From Macrostomum lignano (taxonomy: Eukaryota), in contig NIVC01001754.1 of the NCBI GenBank assembly GCA_002269645.1, positions 1 to 64,000 of the forward strand: a stretch of DNA of 64,000 bases, read 5' to 3'. Shown here one piece after another: positions 22,401-59,869 of this stretch. Each line of letters opens with the position of its first letter. The stretch's first letter is position 1. Made by a program: the position numbers and the translations under genes. Below the pieces are notes generated by a model. That model was not told where the DNA came from and made no database searches. It saw nothing but the letters and a program-made list of their open reading frames with translations.

Positions 22401-25212
22401 ATAGCTTTGGTAGCGCTTTCGTGACCAGAGGGCCAAGGACCCACATGGACCCAACCTGTAGCCAAGGTGCAATAGTTGTTCACTCGGCCATAGCATGACC
22501 GAGTGGCTGCCACTACTCTATGTGACCTGGCGCACCTAGATCTTACTACCAGACCTCTCGAGGCTAGAGCCCTGCCTGGATTGGTTACCAGGGGATTTAG
22601 GCTAACAGGGGAGACACATGCAGCCGAGTACAGGGACTCTGCTTGGGGCATGATCGGGAACTCTGGGCTCAATCTGGAGGATTTCTCAGCAGGGGATCCT
22701 TTGTGGCTGTGAGCGAGGCGGACTTGCGTATTCAATTACTAAGAGTAGTGTGAGATGAACATGTACTGTCTGTACATGTACTGAGTACAATCTCTGTACA
22801 TGTACTGAGATTGCTCAGGGCGAAGGGACGCGTCAGCATGGGGTTGCAACCTTCCTACTGCCATTCTGTGCCTAGACTCACTAATTCCCTCTACTGCCCT
22901 CACACACGGACCCGCAGCACGCACACACAGGCGGGCTTGCACGGGGAGAGGCCATTAGCTTACCCAAACTTCCTTATGCTTTGCCACCCAGGGAGAAAGG
23001 CTTAGCAAGCCATGAATGAAATGATGGTGAAAGTGTGAATAATGAGGAGTTTAGTAATAGTTAACGATTAGGCCCTTAGGCAAAATAATCAGACAATTAG
23101 GCGCCTTCACTATTAAATAAAATACAGCAAAAGATACGGTATCACAATTGGCTCAGCTCTCTAATCAAGCAATGGGAAATAAGCAAACCCCGGATAAGCA
23201 AAAGCAATTAGAGCACAAATTAGTAACAGGAACTTACCGGCGGCTGCACAGGGAGAGAGAGAGAGAGCGATGGAGTGACCATGGGCGGCTGCTGGCTGCA
23301 GACAGGCAGACTGTGAAGCGGCGATGCGCTGAAGTGACGAGGCGCTGATTTAGTTCAGGCGATGCTGAAGATGCTGGGCGGTAACAGACCGCGGGACGGC
23401 AGATAAGCTCACTTGGGGAGCTGAGGTAACTTGGCGGTAACAGACCGCGGACCGGCAGAGATTCGTCCTATAGACGAATGGGTCAGATCAACGTCTGACA
23501 GCAAGTCCAAAGAAGGACAAGAGGAGTGCCGAAGTTAAGGTTCTCACGCCGAAAACCGCTTCCTTAAATAGTCTTCCCAGCCGCCGCTCCAAGGTCGTTT
23601 CCATGACTCCCTCTCTCTGATTGGCTGCCGGCGAAATGACGTCAGAATGAGTCATGATGAGAATCATGAGAACGGCATAGCAACATGAGAATGGCGCAAT
23701 CCAGAGGTGGGGTGGGGGCTAATTGGCGCAGCGGGAGGTCGAGAAAGTGTTGTGCAAGCAAACATTGAGAACAATGGGGCTGGGGTCGAGAAAAAAGGAA
23801 ATGGAAATCGGAGATTGGGGAGAATCGAGAACAATAGAAAAGTAAACATTGGAGAAAAGGTGCTAATTAGGTGCGAAAACGAGAACAAAAGAAAGATAAA
23901 ATCCGGGAAAATGTGAAAATCGGGTGTGAAAAGAACAAAAGAATAAAAAAACGAGAACAATAGAAGCAGAGGTGGGGTGGGTGTCGCATGAGAAATTTGG
24001 GAAGGAGAACAATAGCATGAGAAAAGGCAGTGCAAGAGGGGGTGGTGAGTCATCGATGAGTCATCGAGGGGAAAGAGGGGTCACAAGGCTTGCTTCACCG
24101 TTTGGGAGTTTACTAAGGGGTGGGGCGACGCTGAGCGCACAAAGTACTGTGAGTAGGCACGGGAAGAGAGGGGAAAGCGCAGGTAAAACAGTCCAAAAAG
24201 AAAAAAAAGAGGGAAAGTGGGAAAAATACATGATAGATAGGGTAGAGCGCATGGGAAATAGAGTAGCGGGGGAGGTGCAGAAAGAGATAGGGGCTCCGGA
24301 AAGGCTCGTGTGGTGGGGTGGGAGACGGAGCGAGGCAGCAGGGGGCGCAGCAGAGCGGGAGTCAGCAGGCCTGGTCAAAGACCTGGCCCAGTCTCGACGG
24401 CTCTGCTCAGGGAGTGCACGGAGATCGGAGGTACTTTTGAAAAATTTCCCTTGCTATATCCCACGACCAGAGCGTGGTTACATCAATAGCTCTTTTAGTA
24501 TTTAGACTGATCCGTACAAGTTCTGTGTTCGGTGTTCAGGTTCGAGTCTACAAGGAGATTCACAATCGGCTCAGCGGAGACGACAAGAAGGATCCTCGCA
24601 GGTGCATCGCGGTGATGTCCCAGTACAAGTACCAGGTGTCCGAGATCACGCGGCGCCTGAAGGAGGAGAACCTGGCGATGCCAACGGTGAACACGGTGAT
24701 CGCCTGTCAGGGCAGCGAGTTCGCGTACGTGCTGCTGAGTCTGGTCCGCTCCATGCCGGACTATGACATCGAGGCGAACCCGCTGCCCGGCTGGGAGAAG
24801 AAGTTCCTGGGCTTCATCACTGACGAGAACCAGACCAACGTAGCGCTGACGAGAGCTCAGCGAGGCCTCGTCATTGTTGGTGCGTCTTTTGACTCTTTTG
24901 AAGAAGGTTGTGAAACATTGAACATGTGGTAGCATTTAGGATCTTTATGAGCATATTCAACTGCGGAATAATGTTCGCACGCAGGTAGACTAGTGCATTG
25001 TCCGCTAATGACTAATTGCTTAGCCATTGTGTAACTGGATTTTTGAACTTGAAAAATGTCTCACTTCAGGAAACAAGAGTCTATTGAGACGCGATCCGAA
25101 CTGGTCTCATCTCATTTTCGATCTTGAGCAGCGCGGCTGCGTTCCCAAGAATCCGGCGGATTTTCCAAACAGAACGGGCGACCGGCGGGCCATGACGGCT
25201 TCTGGAAAGTAA
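16490..25212 (+). CDS. HELZ2: HELZ2-like RNB exoribonuclease fused to a UPF1-like SF1B helicase, copy B (about 1983 aa; exons 16490-20204, 20291-20446, 20537-21693, 21793-22233, 24540-24879, 25070-25212)
   Basis: Same motif set as copy A (VTIDGPDTKDMDDAI, HFTSPMRRYADLMVHR, WGPPG|TGKT, DEAG, GDHKQL, QYRM, CQGSEF, NVALTRAQ). Five introns sit at the same positions and phases as in copy A. Confidence 0.88.
22273..24485 (-). mobile_element. 2213-bp solo-LTR-like insertion in intron 4 of copy B, with 10-bp terminal inverted repeats and a 4-bp target-site duplication
   Basis: Starts TGATGTAACC (22273) and ends GGTTACATCA (24485), giving TG...CA ends and a perfect 10-bp IR. Flanked by ATAG at 22269-22272 and 24486-24489. 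The paralogous intron in copy A (8160-8069) is only 92 bp. No coding capacity recognised. Confidence 0.75.
23564..23644 (-). promoter_or_regulatory. Pol II promoter-like cluster in the LTR: CRE (TGACGTCA 23637-23644), CCAAT (23620-23624) and TATTTAA (23570-23564)
   Basis: The three motifs occur in canonical upstream-to-downstream order on the minus strand. Confidence 0.45.
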
Positions 25213-25327
25213 CCAACGACTGTCGCGAACTGTGTTGGGATACTTATTAACTGCTGTAACCTATTTTTGTTGTCTACAGTTTTATTCCAGAATAATCATT
25301 TTGACGCTGTAAAAAAGTATTGCCTTG

Positions 25328-25685
25328 TTGGATGGGTGTCGTAGCCTAGTGGTTTATCGCGACGGTCTTCCCTATGTGCCAGCAGCCCATTCTCGACCTC
25401 AAGTACAGTCGCACATTAATTTGGGACTAAGTTGGAGTCTCGGCTTGGGTGTACTCGTGCATTTAACGCCCAGCTTGAGGGCAACCCTAGCGAAGTGACG
25501 GCATAGTAAAATGTATATACGTACCTTTAGGTGTATGTATTACGAGAAATAAAGTTAGGGCTGCTATACACTCCTGTGTGAGTGTGCGCCTGCTCAGGGG
25601 AGTCGGTGGAATGGGCAGTAATGCCTCTCACTGGTTAAGTGACAATGTCGCTTCAAGTGCGCCAGGGTGCACACAGTCCGCTGCG
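25328..25685 (+). mobile_element. tRNA-headed SINE-like element, family 2
   Basis: A-box-like GTAGCCTAGTGG head. The 3' part (25530-25685) matches the reverse complement of 44915-45050 (AAATAAAGT...TACACTCCTGTGTGAGTGTG.GCCTGCTCAGGGGAGTC...ATGGGCAG.AATGCCTCTC...AAGTGCGCCAGGGTGC.CACA). Confidence 0.6.
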
Positions 25686-26540
25686 ACCAAAAGTTTTCTA
25701 GCTAAGCGAAAGACTTTGCTCAATTTTGATTTTGCTCTCTGGTTCTGCTAAACTTTATGTTTAGGTAAAATTGGTCAGTTTGACTGAAACCAAATCATTT
25801 TTGATTGACATTTTGATTGACAAAATGGGGGAGCAATGTGCGAGGGTTGGACGGATTAAAGCTACCCCGATCAGTTTTCTCGTATCTTTTAATTCCGAAC
25901 AGTCCCAGAGAAATTGCTCACTGGCGCATAGAGTGGCCACTTTTCAATGTTGCTGAGTATGTGTCCCTTGGATTAATTATCCTGTCATCTTTATTTTTGT
26001 CTCTTTTGGTCTCAAATTGTTAAGAACTTGTTAAGTTATTCAGCAGAAGCTTTTAAGACTTGCTTCTTCATGTTCCGTGGCGTGTTATTAAAAGAAATAT
26101 TACGGTTTTTTACTTCAGTTACCACCGCTAGCACAAGCCAACGACACTTAAAATTTATTGTGTATTTCTCAATTTTTTGTCCTTTTTTACTGTATGGAAT
26201 ATTGGGTTCGCTATAATTACAAAATAATCAGCTCTAAAAGTTTGAGAATAACAAACAATCATGGGATCAAAAACACCTTTGTTGAGTAAAATATCATCAA
26301 GTTTCTCCACCATCGTTGGGTTCTTCAAACAAAACAAATCCGAAAGAGCTCTATAGCCAATATTGTCAGCAAATTCAGTGGCAAAACTTTAAGCGATCAA
26401 AGAACAACTTCCGCAAATTTCTATCAAAACGTGAAGAGCTAGCTGCAGTACACATGCAGGCTATATAAAAAGTCAAACATACTCGTAATTATTAATTAAC
26501 AAAAAGTGACAAATTTTCTCGATTCTCGGTTCAGAACCGC

Positions 26541-47172
<20,632 letters not shown>

Positions 47173-47288
47173 TCCGTATGGAATTTAGCCCAATAATTAG
47201 TATATTGGATAACGGAATGAAAAAATCAGGGCAATTCAATAAATGTGTGTCTAATGAAAGTTAAAATTGAGAGTAGCTACTCGTAGTT

Positions 47289-47302
47289 GTTACCATGATG
47301 AC
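47289..47302. promoter_or_regulatory. RFX X-box upstream of SPAG17
   Basis: GTTACC AT GATGAC fits the X-box consensus RTHNYY-WT-RRNRAC and lies about 117 bp upstream of the SPAG17 ATG, the typical position for ciliary genes. Confidence 0.55.
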
Positions 47303-48548
47303 AGCAAATTATGATAATAATTTTTTAGAATATTTTTTTTTAAAATTTTTACATAGACGCAATTGAAATTTATTTTTGTATTTATGCTCTAGATGGTACT
47401 ATTCTTACAATTATTTGTTATAACTTACAATCCCGGTTTTATCGAGAAAATAATAATTATGAGTTGTACCAATCATTAAAAATTTATACAGATCATTCTA
47501 CTCAATAAAATTTCTGAATAACAGCGAAGTAACTACTTATTTGCAAGCGTCTATCTACATCTCATCAATTGCATGTGCATGCACATGTAACAAGTGTCGC
47601 CGTAAAACTGATCTACGAGCTGTATGCAACACATTAGACGATATGTTACATGTTTAGAACCAAATATTTGTAAACGTAATATTTAACGCACAGAGCACGT
47701 TTTATTTATCTGGAAGAACTTTAATCATTAGAACTGTAGCGAGTAGGCTGACAAATCCATGGCCGTAGAATAACTAATGAAGGAACACCATCATAAAATT
47801 CACACGAGCTGTTCACATGACCTAAAGTATACATATGCGTAAATGTACTTTCAAATGTTTGGATAAATCATGGGTATGTCTTTTTATACACGTACATTAA
47901 AAAATAGTTCTAATTTCTAATATTGCCTATAGTCTAAGGTCGAAAAGCAAAAACAGAACTTTACATGTAGTTTTGCATTGCTTTGAAAGTTGCATGATAT
48001 ACATTTGTGTACATCTACATGTAAGCTAGGTGTTATAGATTATGAGCATATTTGTAAGAGTTGCTCATGTGCAGTAAACATGTACATAATAAAACTACTT
48101 GATTGTGGTACATGGAAGAGAACAAATTTATAAATGTGCGCAACTGATTTAAATCGAAATTCAACGTTTAATTTAATCGATAATGTGACTTGCTAAACTG
48201 CATGCACAAATAACGCAACTTGATCCATTAAAATAAATGCAAGCAGGTATTAACCGTATAATATTCCTTTAATCAATTAATTCTCGTCAACTTTGGACTG
48301 GAATGAGCCATCTATACATGTCTAAGCTAGAATGAGCATTAATTACTTAGATATATAGCTATATTGACTTAATAGGTACACGAGGCTCACCTATTAGTTT
48401 TGCTCAAATATTTGCTCAACACAGCGTAGCGTTGTAGTGAGTGTTTTACTTTATTTGCCAAGCGTTGCTTTAAAAATTTAAGAAGCTGCAGATTCGTTGC
48501 CTGACGCAGAATCTCAGCTCGCTGACTATAGAATCGTCGGAGATCCAC

Positions 48549-49271
48549 ATGCCGCACATCCGCGACCCCGTGACGCATCGTTGCGTCGTCTGCCAGCTGG
48601 GCCGCCACCCGTCGCCGTTTCCCATCGGCTGGCGCAGCGGCGGCCTGCCGCACAAGTGTCGCCAGTGGGAAAAATTCGAACGACGGCGTCGAGCAGAGGC
48701 TCGCGACCGGCACCTGCGCCAGATTAACAGCACCGAGTACTCTGGGCCGGTGCTGATGGAGTTCAACCCGCCGCAGGTCGCCTATCCCAGCTTGGAGTAC
48801 GATGACAATTTTAGTCCGATTCAGACGGACCGCTCCGAGGTGCAGCAGTCGCAGCAGGAGGCGCCAAGGCGTCGACGAGGTGGCCTGCGTCAGTCTGAGC
48901 AGGGCACGGCCTCACTGGACCAGTATCACTTCTTCAACGACCCGATGATCAGTCGGTCTAGACGTGGCTACGCCATCGTAGCAGTGCAGCAGGCGCCAGC
49001 GCCGTCTCCAGACGATGACCGAGAGCTGCCTGGGCAGCCGCTCAACGCTGCCGGCAATCGCAACGTCACTTTCAGCGAACCGCCAGCGATTGCCGTCAGT
49101 GGTGGCGAGGCTGACGCCGTGATCGAAGACGATGAAGCTGGATTCATTGCTGACAACCGAGGAGCTGATGGCGGACTCAACGCCAGGTTTCAGAGGCGGC
49201 AGACGCGCGGAGCATTCAGTAGGGAGGAGTTCGGCAGAGCTGCTGCTGATAGCCAGGAGAATAGGAGGTGA
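48549..49271 (+). CDS. Uncharacterised ORF (240 aa), divergent from SPAG17; possibly a first exon (GAG|gtgagg donor at 49268)
   Basis: GC-rich, exon-like island in AT-rich DNA. ATG start, N-terminal HRCVVCQLGRH...HKC Cys/His cluster. No family recognised. Confidence 0.45.
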   Translation: MPHIRDPVTHRCVVCQLGRHPSPFPIGWRSGGLPHKCRQWEKFERRRRAEARDRHLRQINSTEYSGPVLMEFNPPQVAYPSLEYDDNFSPIQTDRSEVQQSQQEAPRRRRGGLRQSEQGTASLDQYHFFNDPMISRSRRGYAIVAVQQAPAPSPDDDRELPGQPLNAAGNRNVTFSEPPAIAVSGGEADAVIEDDEAGFIADNRGADGGLNARFQRRQTRGAFSREEFGRAAADSQENRR

Positions 49272-49294
49272 GGCTGGGGTTACTGGGCACCTGG

Positions 49295-49640
49295 CTAAGT
49301 GCCTGCGGCGCCAAAATGAGTGCCTGCGGCGCCAAAATGAGTGCCTGCGGCGCCAAAATGAGTGCCTGTGGCGCCAAAATGAGTACTTGCGGCGCCAAAT
49401 GAGCGCCTGCAGCACCAAAATGAGTGCCTGCGGCGCCAAAATGAGTGCCTGCAGCGCCGAAATGAGTGCCAGTGGCGCCAAAATGAGTGCCTGCGGCGCC
49501 AAAATGAGTGCCAGTGGCGCCAAAATGAGTGCCTGCGGCGCCAAAATTCATGAGTGCCAGTGGCGCCAAAATGAGTGCCTGCGGCGCCAAAATTCATGAG
49601 TGCCAGTGGCGCCAAAATGAGTGCCTGCGGCGCCAAAGAC
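49295..49640 (+). repeat. 21-bp minisatellite (AAAATGAGTGCCTGCGGCGCC)n, about 16 copies
   Basis: Read directly. Confidence 0.93.
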
Positions 49641-50918
49641 AACACGATTCTCAAAATATCAATAATGGAAATGTAGGAATTTAGTCACGTACATGTACAT
49701 GTTGAATTCTTGGCTTTGCCCCCACCCCACAATAAAATCCCCTGGTTGAATCTACAGTTGTCTACGAACCTATACCCGAGGTTTACAATTTGGAGGTCTG
49801 CTTCCAATACTATTACTAAGCTTCGGCTAAACTAAACTGATTCACCTCTGACAGAGTCCAGTCTCATCAGCAAGCAAAAAAGGCTCAACGAACTGACCAG
49901 GAGCTGGGCGAAGAGGCTGGCGAAAGTGGCGGAGCTTCATCTTCAACTTGCGAAATACTTTGACGAAAGATTTGTTAAACTTCAAAAAGACTTTATAATA
50001 CTTATCAATATATATTTTTATTAGCCATGCTTGTACACCAGGGGTTGGCAAACTTTTCCCTATCTAAAGGGCCAGATGAGAGAGATGAGATGAGATATGA
50101 AGCCTTGATCGGGTAGGATTTCTATTGATCTAGGGCTGTCTTTGCACCCGCTTGTGTCTCAGCCATGTTGACTCATCAATGAGTCTTTTAGAGTAAAAAC
50201 AGACAAACAAAAACATGAAGCCAGATTATCTGGGCGATGAACAATCAGTACTGCAGCACAAGTGTTTTTTATTTTTGAGAAAATATATTTGTTCATGACA
50301 GAACGATTGGTGCGCGTTTATAAAGTTTGTTCAGTTCGATAAAAAACACCGCATCATTGAACAGACTCGAGACTCGATGAGCTTTGAGAAAGAAAAATTG
50401 TAAGCAAAATGGATTTGATAAGCTATGGCTATAATGAGCAGGCGTGCGGTCAGCGCCTTCAACTGTGGGTCAGCTAAAACAAGTCAAAACAGATTAACAC
50501 AACATCCATTGGTTTGGTAATAGCTGTAACAAGATCCTTTGGTTGAAACCCTCGAATTCCTCATGTCATTCTCATCCACTACACTGAAAATTGTTGGTCT
50601 CTAACTATAGGTACCATTTACTCTCTAATACCAAATATTGTGTTATTTTTTATTAAAACAGGTAACTAATATGGCTTCTTTAAGTTTCAAAAAAGATCTT
50701 GAGACTAAAGATAGTGCATCATAGAAAGTACTTACAAACACGTTGTAAATTACAACATGACAGCCGAATATGCATGGATACAACAACAAAATAGCCTTTG
50801 ATGACACCCGTTCTCCATCGACTCCACACCAATTTTCTGTATAAAATCCTTGCCTCGCTACTTATCTACTAATCTAGCAGTAGTAGTAATGCTTAGAAAT
50901 GTACTGAACGAGTTCAGG

Positions 50919-54882
<3,964 letters not shown>

Positions 54883-55504
54883 TCTGAGCGGCAGATTTTG
54901 GGGTATAAATTTTTATAGCAACAACAGAAGCCGAGCAGAAGCTGCCCTCGAAACTGCACGGGGTTGGTCAGGGGGTTGCAGGGCGGGGGCTGTGCCGGTC
55001 CGTTAGTTGCGAGCTTCTCTTTCTTTGCGCACAGACGCGGCTTGTGCCAAGCCCAGGCGTCAGTCACAGGGTGCAGGCGATCCCACAGGGGGAGCAGGGG
55101 GGAGGTTGCGTGCGGCAGGGACCCCTCCACGCTAAGGCCGACACGGTATCGACCATTATTGAGAACAGGGCCAGTAGAGCCAGGCTTTGATCCCACTGGA
55201 AGCTTTATTTCTCTTCTCTCAATGGGAAACATTATCTAGCTCGTAGGGATCGTGGGGAATCGATCCCTCACAGGGGGTGGACTGGGGTGAGGTTGGAGAC
55301 TGCCGGTGCGAACCTCCGACACTTCTGAGCGCTTCATCATATTGACCTCAAGCTTTCTGCTGCTCTGCTAGGCTCCGGTAATTTATGTTTGACACTGTTA
55401 TTAGAGAATTTTGACCAGTACAGAGCAGCATTATTAGATTATCCTGTGTGTTTTCTAGGGCACTGTTTATGCGGCTTTTATGACAAACTTCCTATAACAG
55501 AGGA

Positions 55505-55969
<465 letters not shown>

Positions 55970-56355
55970 TATTAGCAGCGTTACCTTTTTAAGAATTCCT
56001 GCAGCATAGCAAATATAAAGTGCAAGCTATGGTAGAAAATAATGGGTATAAGCCAGGTCCCAGGAGCAGGAGAGAGAAGGAGTTCTCAAATATGCCTGCC
56101 GTCGCCTCTCACCACCCCCGAGAGAGGTGAGAATCGATCCGCACTGAAGGGTTGGGCGGAGGGTGCGTGGGCGAGTCCTGACGAAATCGCTGGCTTTAAG
56201 ACACTTTTTTCGTCTGCTTGCTGCTCCCTGATCGGTGTTCTCCCCCCCTTCCCCTATCCCGTATGTTAACTTTTTTATTTTACCATCACTCGGATATTCT
56301 TTGCAATAGTTCATAGGTGCAGCCTCTGCATTTTGGTTACTCTATTCTACTGTCT

Positions 56356-56630
56356 GTCACTCTCATATTGTCACTAATCTCATATTGTCACTAATCTCAT
56401 ATTGTCACTAGTCTCATATTGTCACTAATCTCATATTGTCACTAGTCTCATATTGTCACTAATCTCATATTGTCACTAATCTCATATTGTCACTTATCTC
56501 ATATTGTCACTTATCTCATATTGTCACTAATCTCATATTGTCACTAATCTCATATTGTCACTAGTCTCATATTGTCACTAATTTCATATTGTCACTAATC
56601 TCATATTGTCACTAATCTCATATTGTCATG
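56356..56630 (+). repeat. 17-bp minisatellite (TCTCATATTGTCACTAA)n, about 16 copies
   Basis: Read directly. Confidence 0.93.
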
Positions 56631-59600
56631 TAGTCATTTTCATACTCGTACTGTCCACAGACTACTTAAGTGTCGCTTAAGTAGTCCGCGGCATAGTCAC
56701 TCTCGTATTTTCACTCTTGTGTAATTGTCACTCTCGTATTTTCACTCTTGTATAATTGTCACTCTCACGTTTTCACTGCTGCGATTGTCACTTCTATTAC
56801 ACCACTCTCATACGTACAGATCTCTCAATAAGTTTTGGTAATGTTTTTCTAACCTATTGTAATTTTTTACGATCTAATATTTTAAGTTAACAAATCTTGT
56901 AGGTAATTATTTAAACAAATTAAGATTGTTTGTCGCGAAACTATTTTCATACAAATTTAATTGTAATTTGAGAAAACAATGGTAAATTTTTGCAACCCGA
57001 TCTCTAATTCACGTAAAATAAACGTATTGCACTACTGCCCAGAGGTGTAATAAGTACTAGTAGCAAGTAAGATTTCTAATTTCGGCGGTTTTTAGCTACT
57101 AAGTCAAACAAAGCAAAAATAAGATTATTGACATTTCTCTGCGTCGATCAAACGTGTTTATGGCTTCATGGCTCAGTTGAGTCCATAGTTTCTGGATAGG
57201 CAGCTCTGAGCACACTGATATATTCACGTTACTAACCAGTATGAAGTAACATCATCTATCCAAAGCTGAGCTGATGCGAGTTATACACTGCATCTTTTTG
57301 ATGGCATGCAGAAAAGTACAGTACTTTTCAGATGATGAATAGAAGTCTTTATTCTTATTCTGAATAATCGACTGAACGTCTGAACTAGCTCGTAACTCAT
57401 CATATGCTTAAGTTGGGTAACCTGACTGTCAAGCAAAATGATTGTCATGCATCGATGGCGTGCAATATTCTGGTAATTTTAGAGCAGAGAACATATGCAG
57501 GTGGTGAGAGTAACATTAGTTAATAACAATTTAATTTCGTATACTTTTATATACGACTCGTAGAATTGATCTACTCGATTTTATATAAATATTACAGCTA
57601 TAGAATTTAGTTACAGTAGTTTTCGTGTGTCCTTGATTAAAATAACTCCAGGGACAACTACTAAGACGACTGTGTTTTATTTGTCCCTAAATAACTCTTT
57701 TTTTAAATAAAATACTCGTAGCCAAATAAAAGCTAAATTATCTTAAAGAAATGTAGTTGTTCATTTTAGATAATTTGTTAATTTCATTGGTAGTATGAAT
57801 GAAAAGACGCGGTTAATCAAATAATAAAAATAAACATAGTTATTTATTAAATTCCTATAGTGGAAATTAGAAGAAAATACAAAATATTATATGAGAATAC
57901 TTACGTAAATTATGTATGGGTAACAGCTGACTAAAACAAATACAAATTAAGGTAATATAAAATTACTTAGTTTTTTATCTACCTAAAAATAGGTTTTTAG
58001 TCACCTCACCGCTAATTTTAAGCTAGATTCTGCGCAATTTTAATTTCACTAATTTGACTTTCGACATCGAGAGAAAGTCGAACTCTAGAATAATTAAAAC
58101 AACTAAGATAAAAAATTATTAGAAAATTCTAAAAAAATCCATCCTTCAATTAGTGACAACTTTAAAAAAGAGGATAAATTTCTATTCCTGAAAAATTTTC
58201 TGCAGCAGCCCAAATTCGATGACTGAAGGATTCCTTGTTGAAGATTCTAGTTTGTTTTGGCACTCTGAGAAAAATAAGTGGGTGGAGCGAAACAGAAAAA
58301 TGAAATTGTCTGCACACAAACGCAGCGGAGTTCAAGCAAACAGTCAAAGACAAAAATGCTTCATTCAGAAAGCAGTTTGCCCACTCGAATAGAAGCTAAA
58401 AATAGACAAAAAATGATGTTTTTCAAGACTTTGGCTAAAATCTCGAAAATACATGCTTTAGAGAATTCACATAGCGTCTGCAAAATCTCTTTTTTAATTC
58501 TTTCTATTCTTTTTATATTTTATTCTTTGTAATTCAGAATTTTCTAGTATTCTAGCTGGTTGTCTAATTTCTCGATTTCAAATTTCAGAATTTCTTTTTT
58601 CTAATTGCTGATTTAAGATTTCTTATTTTCTGATGTCATATCTGAGTTTCGATTTACGATATCTGATTTAACATTTCCGGTTAAGGATTTCCGATTAAAG
58701 ATTTCCGACTAGTGATTTCCAATTTATGATTTCCGATTCCTGATTTCTAATTAGAAGTTAATTTTTTTAACTTTTTATTTTGCCGTTTGCGCGATTCGGT
58801 CTAAATTTATAAATTACTACTCACTTAGTCTCCCTTACTTTGCCAATGAACTCATCGCTCTCACTGGAGCAGTTTGAGATGCAATATACCACCTGCCACT
58901 GAATATTGACGGACAAACACAAGCTAATGGGCTGCAAACAAGCTGCACAGGTGTTTGGCAATAAAACTCATACGAACTAACCCATAGAAATGCGCCTGAC
59001 TTCCTTCACTTTCTGTGGGATCTATAGTGGGAAGGGAGAAAAGAATTCTTTGACTGACAAACTGGGAGATTCGCAGGCAATAGTAGCCCGGTAGGGTCAA
59101 TATTTTCTATCAGACTTATCCCAAAGCCCCCATTGCGTCCCTTATCCCCGCGGCGGTTTCGGCAAACATGGGATTTCCGCTAAACCTGAAGCTGCGATGC
59201 GACCTCTCTTCCTCTCTCTCTCTCATATCGCCCCTGGATCCCTCTCCCATATGCCTGCATAAAAATAACCCCCATAAGTTCACGACCCCGCCCGTCAGGT
59301 CCAGCGCCTTCGCTAAGCAGTTACCTGAAACTATAAATAAAAATATTTCCATACCCCCACTAGCAGAAACATTATACTGTCACAAAATCTCCTTAGCTCG
59401 GATCCCAAGTATACTAAACTGACACTCCACTCCCGTTATTTTCTCCCCCCCCCTTGGCTAGAGAATGCACACTTCCCATAAAAAGAAGCCCAGGGTTCAT
59501 TGTGCGTTACTTAACTGGGGTAAAAGGGAAACCCAGAAAGTCAAGCTCCATGCTTATCCATCAAAAGGTTCTGTCTCGCCCTTCCCCCCTCTCGCCCTTC

Positions 59601-59869
59601 CCCCCCTCTCTCTCTCTCTCTCTCTGGAGCCCTGATGTTTCTATTTGTGCTCTGCATCCAGATGCCCGCGTGGCTGCTACTGGGTCTCGTTTGGTCACAC
59701 TTCGATGACGACTTTTTTTATAAATAACTGATCAAGCTTGACTACTCCGCGAACTGCATGGCTGGCAGTTGTGTCTGATGGTTCACATCGAGACACGACT
59801 GCCACTCTTCTAAGCTACCGCTCCATCCTCTCCCTTCTCTGTCTTGTGTCCCTTCTCTTGAATCTCTTC

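Noticed and set aside
49842-50051. LLADETGLCQR resembling the pogo/Tigger DETGL motif
   Set aside because: No other DDE-domain motifs on either side; likely chance.
50040-50085. hAT-like terminus CAGGGGTTGGCAAAC (and GCCGACCCCTG near 33566)
   Set aside because: No matching partner end or 8-bp TSD found, so no element could be delimited.
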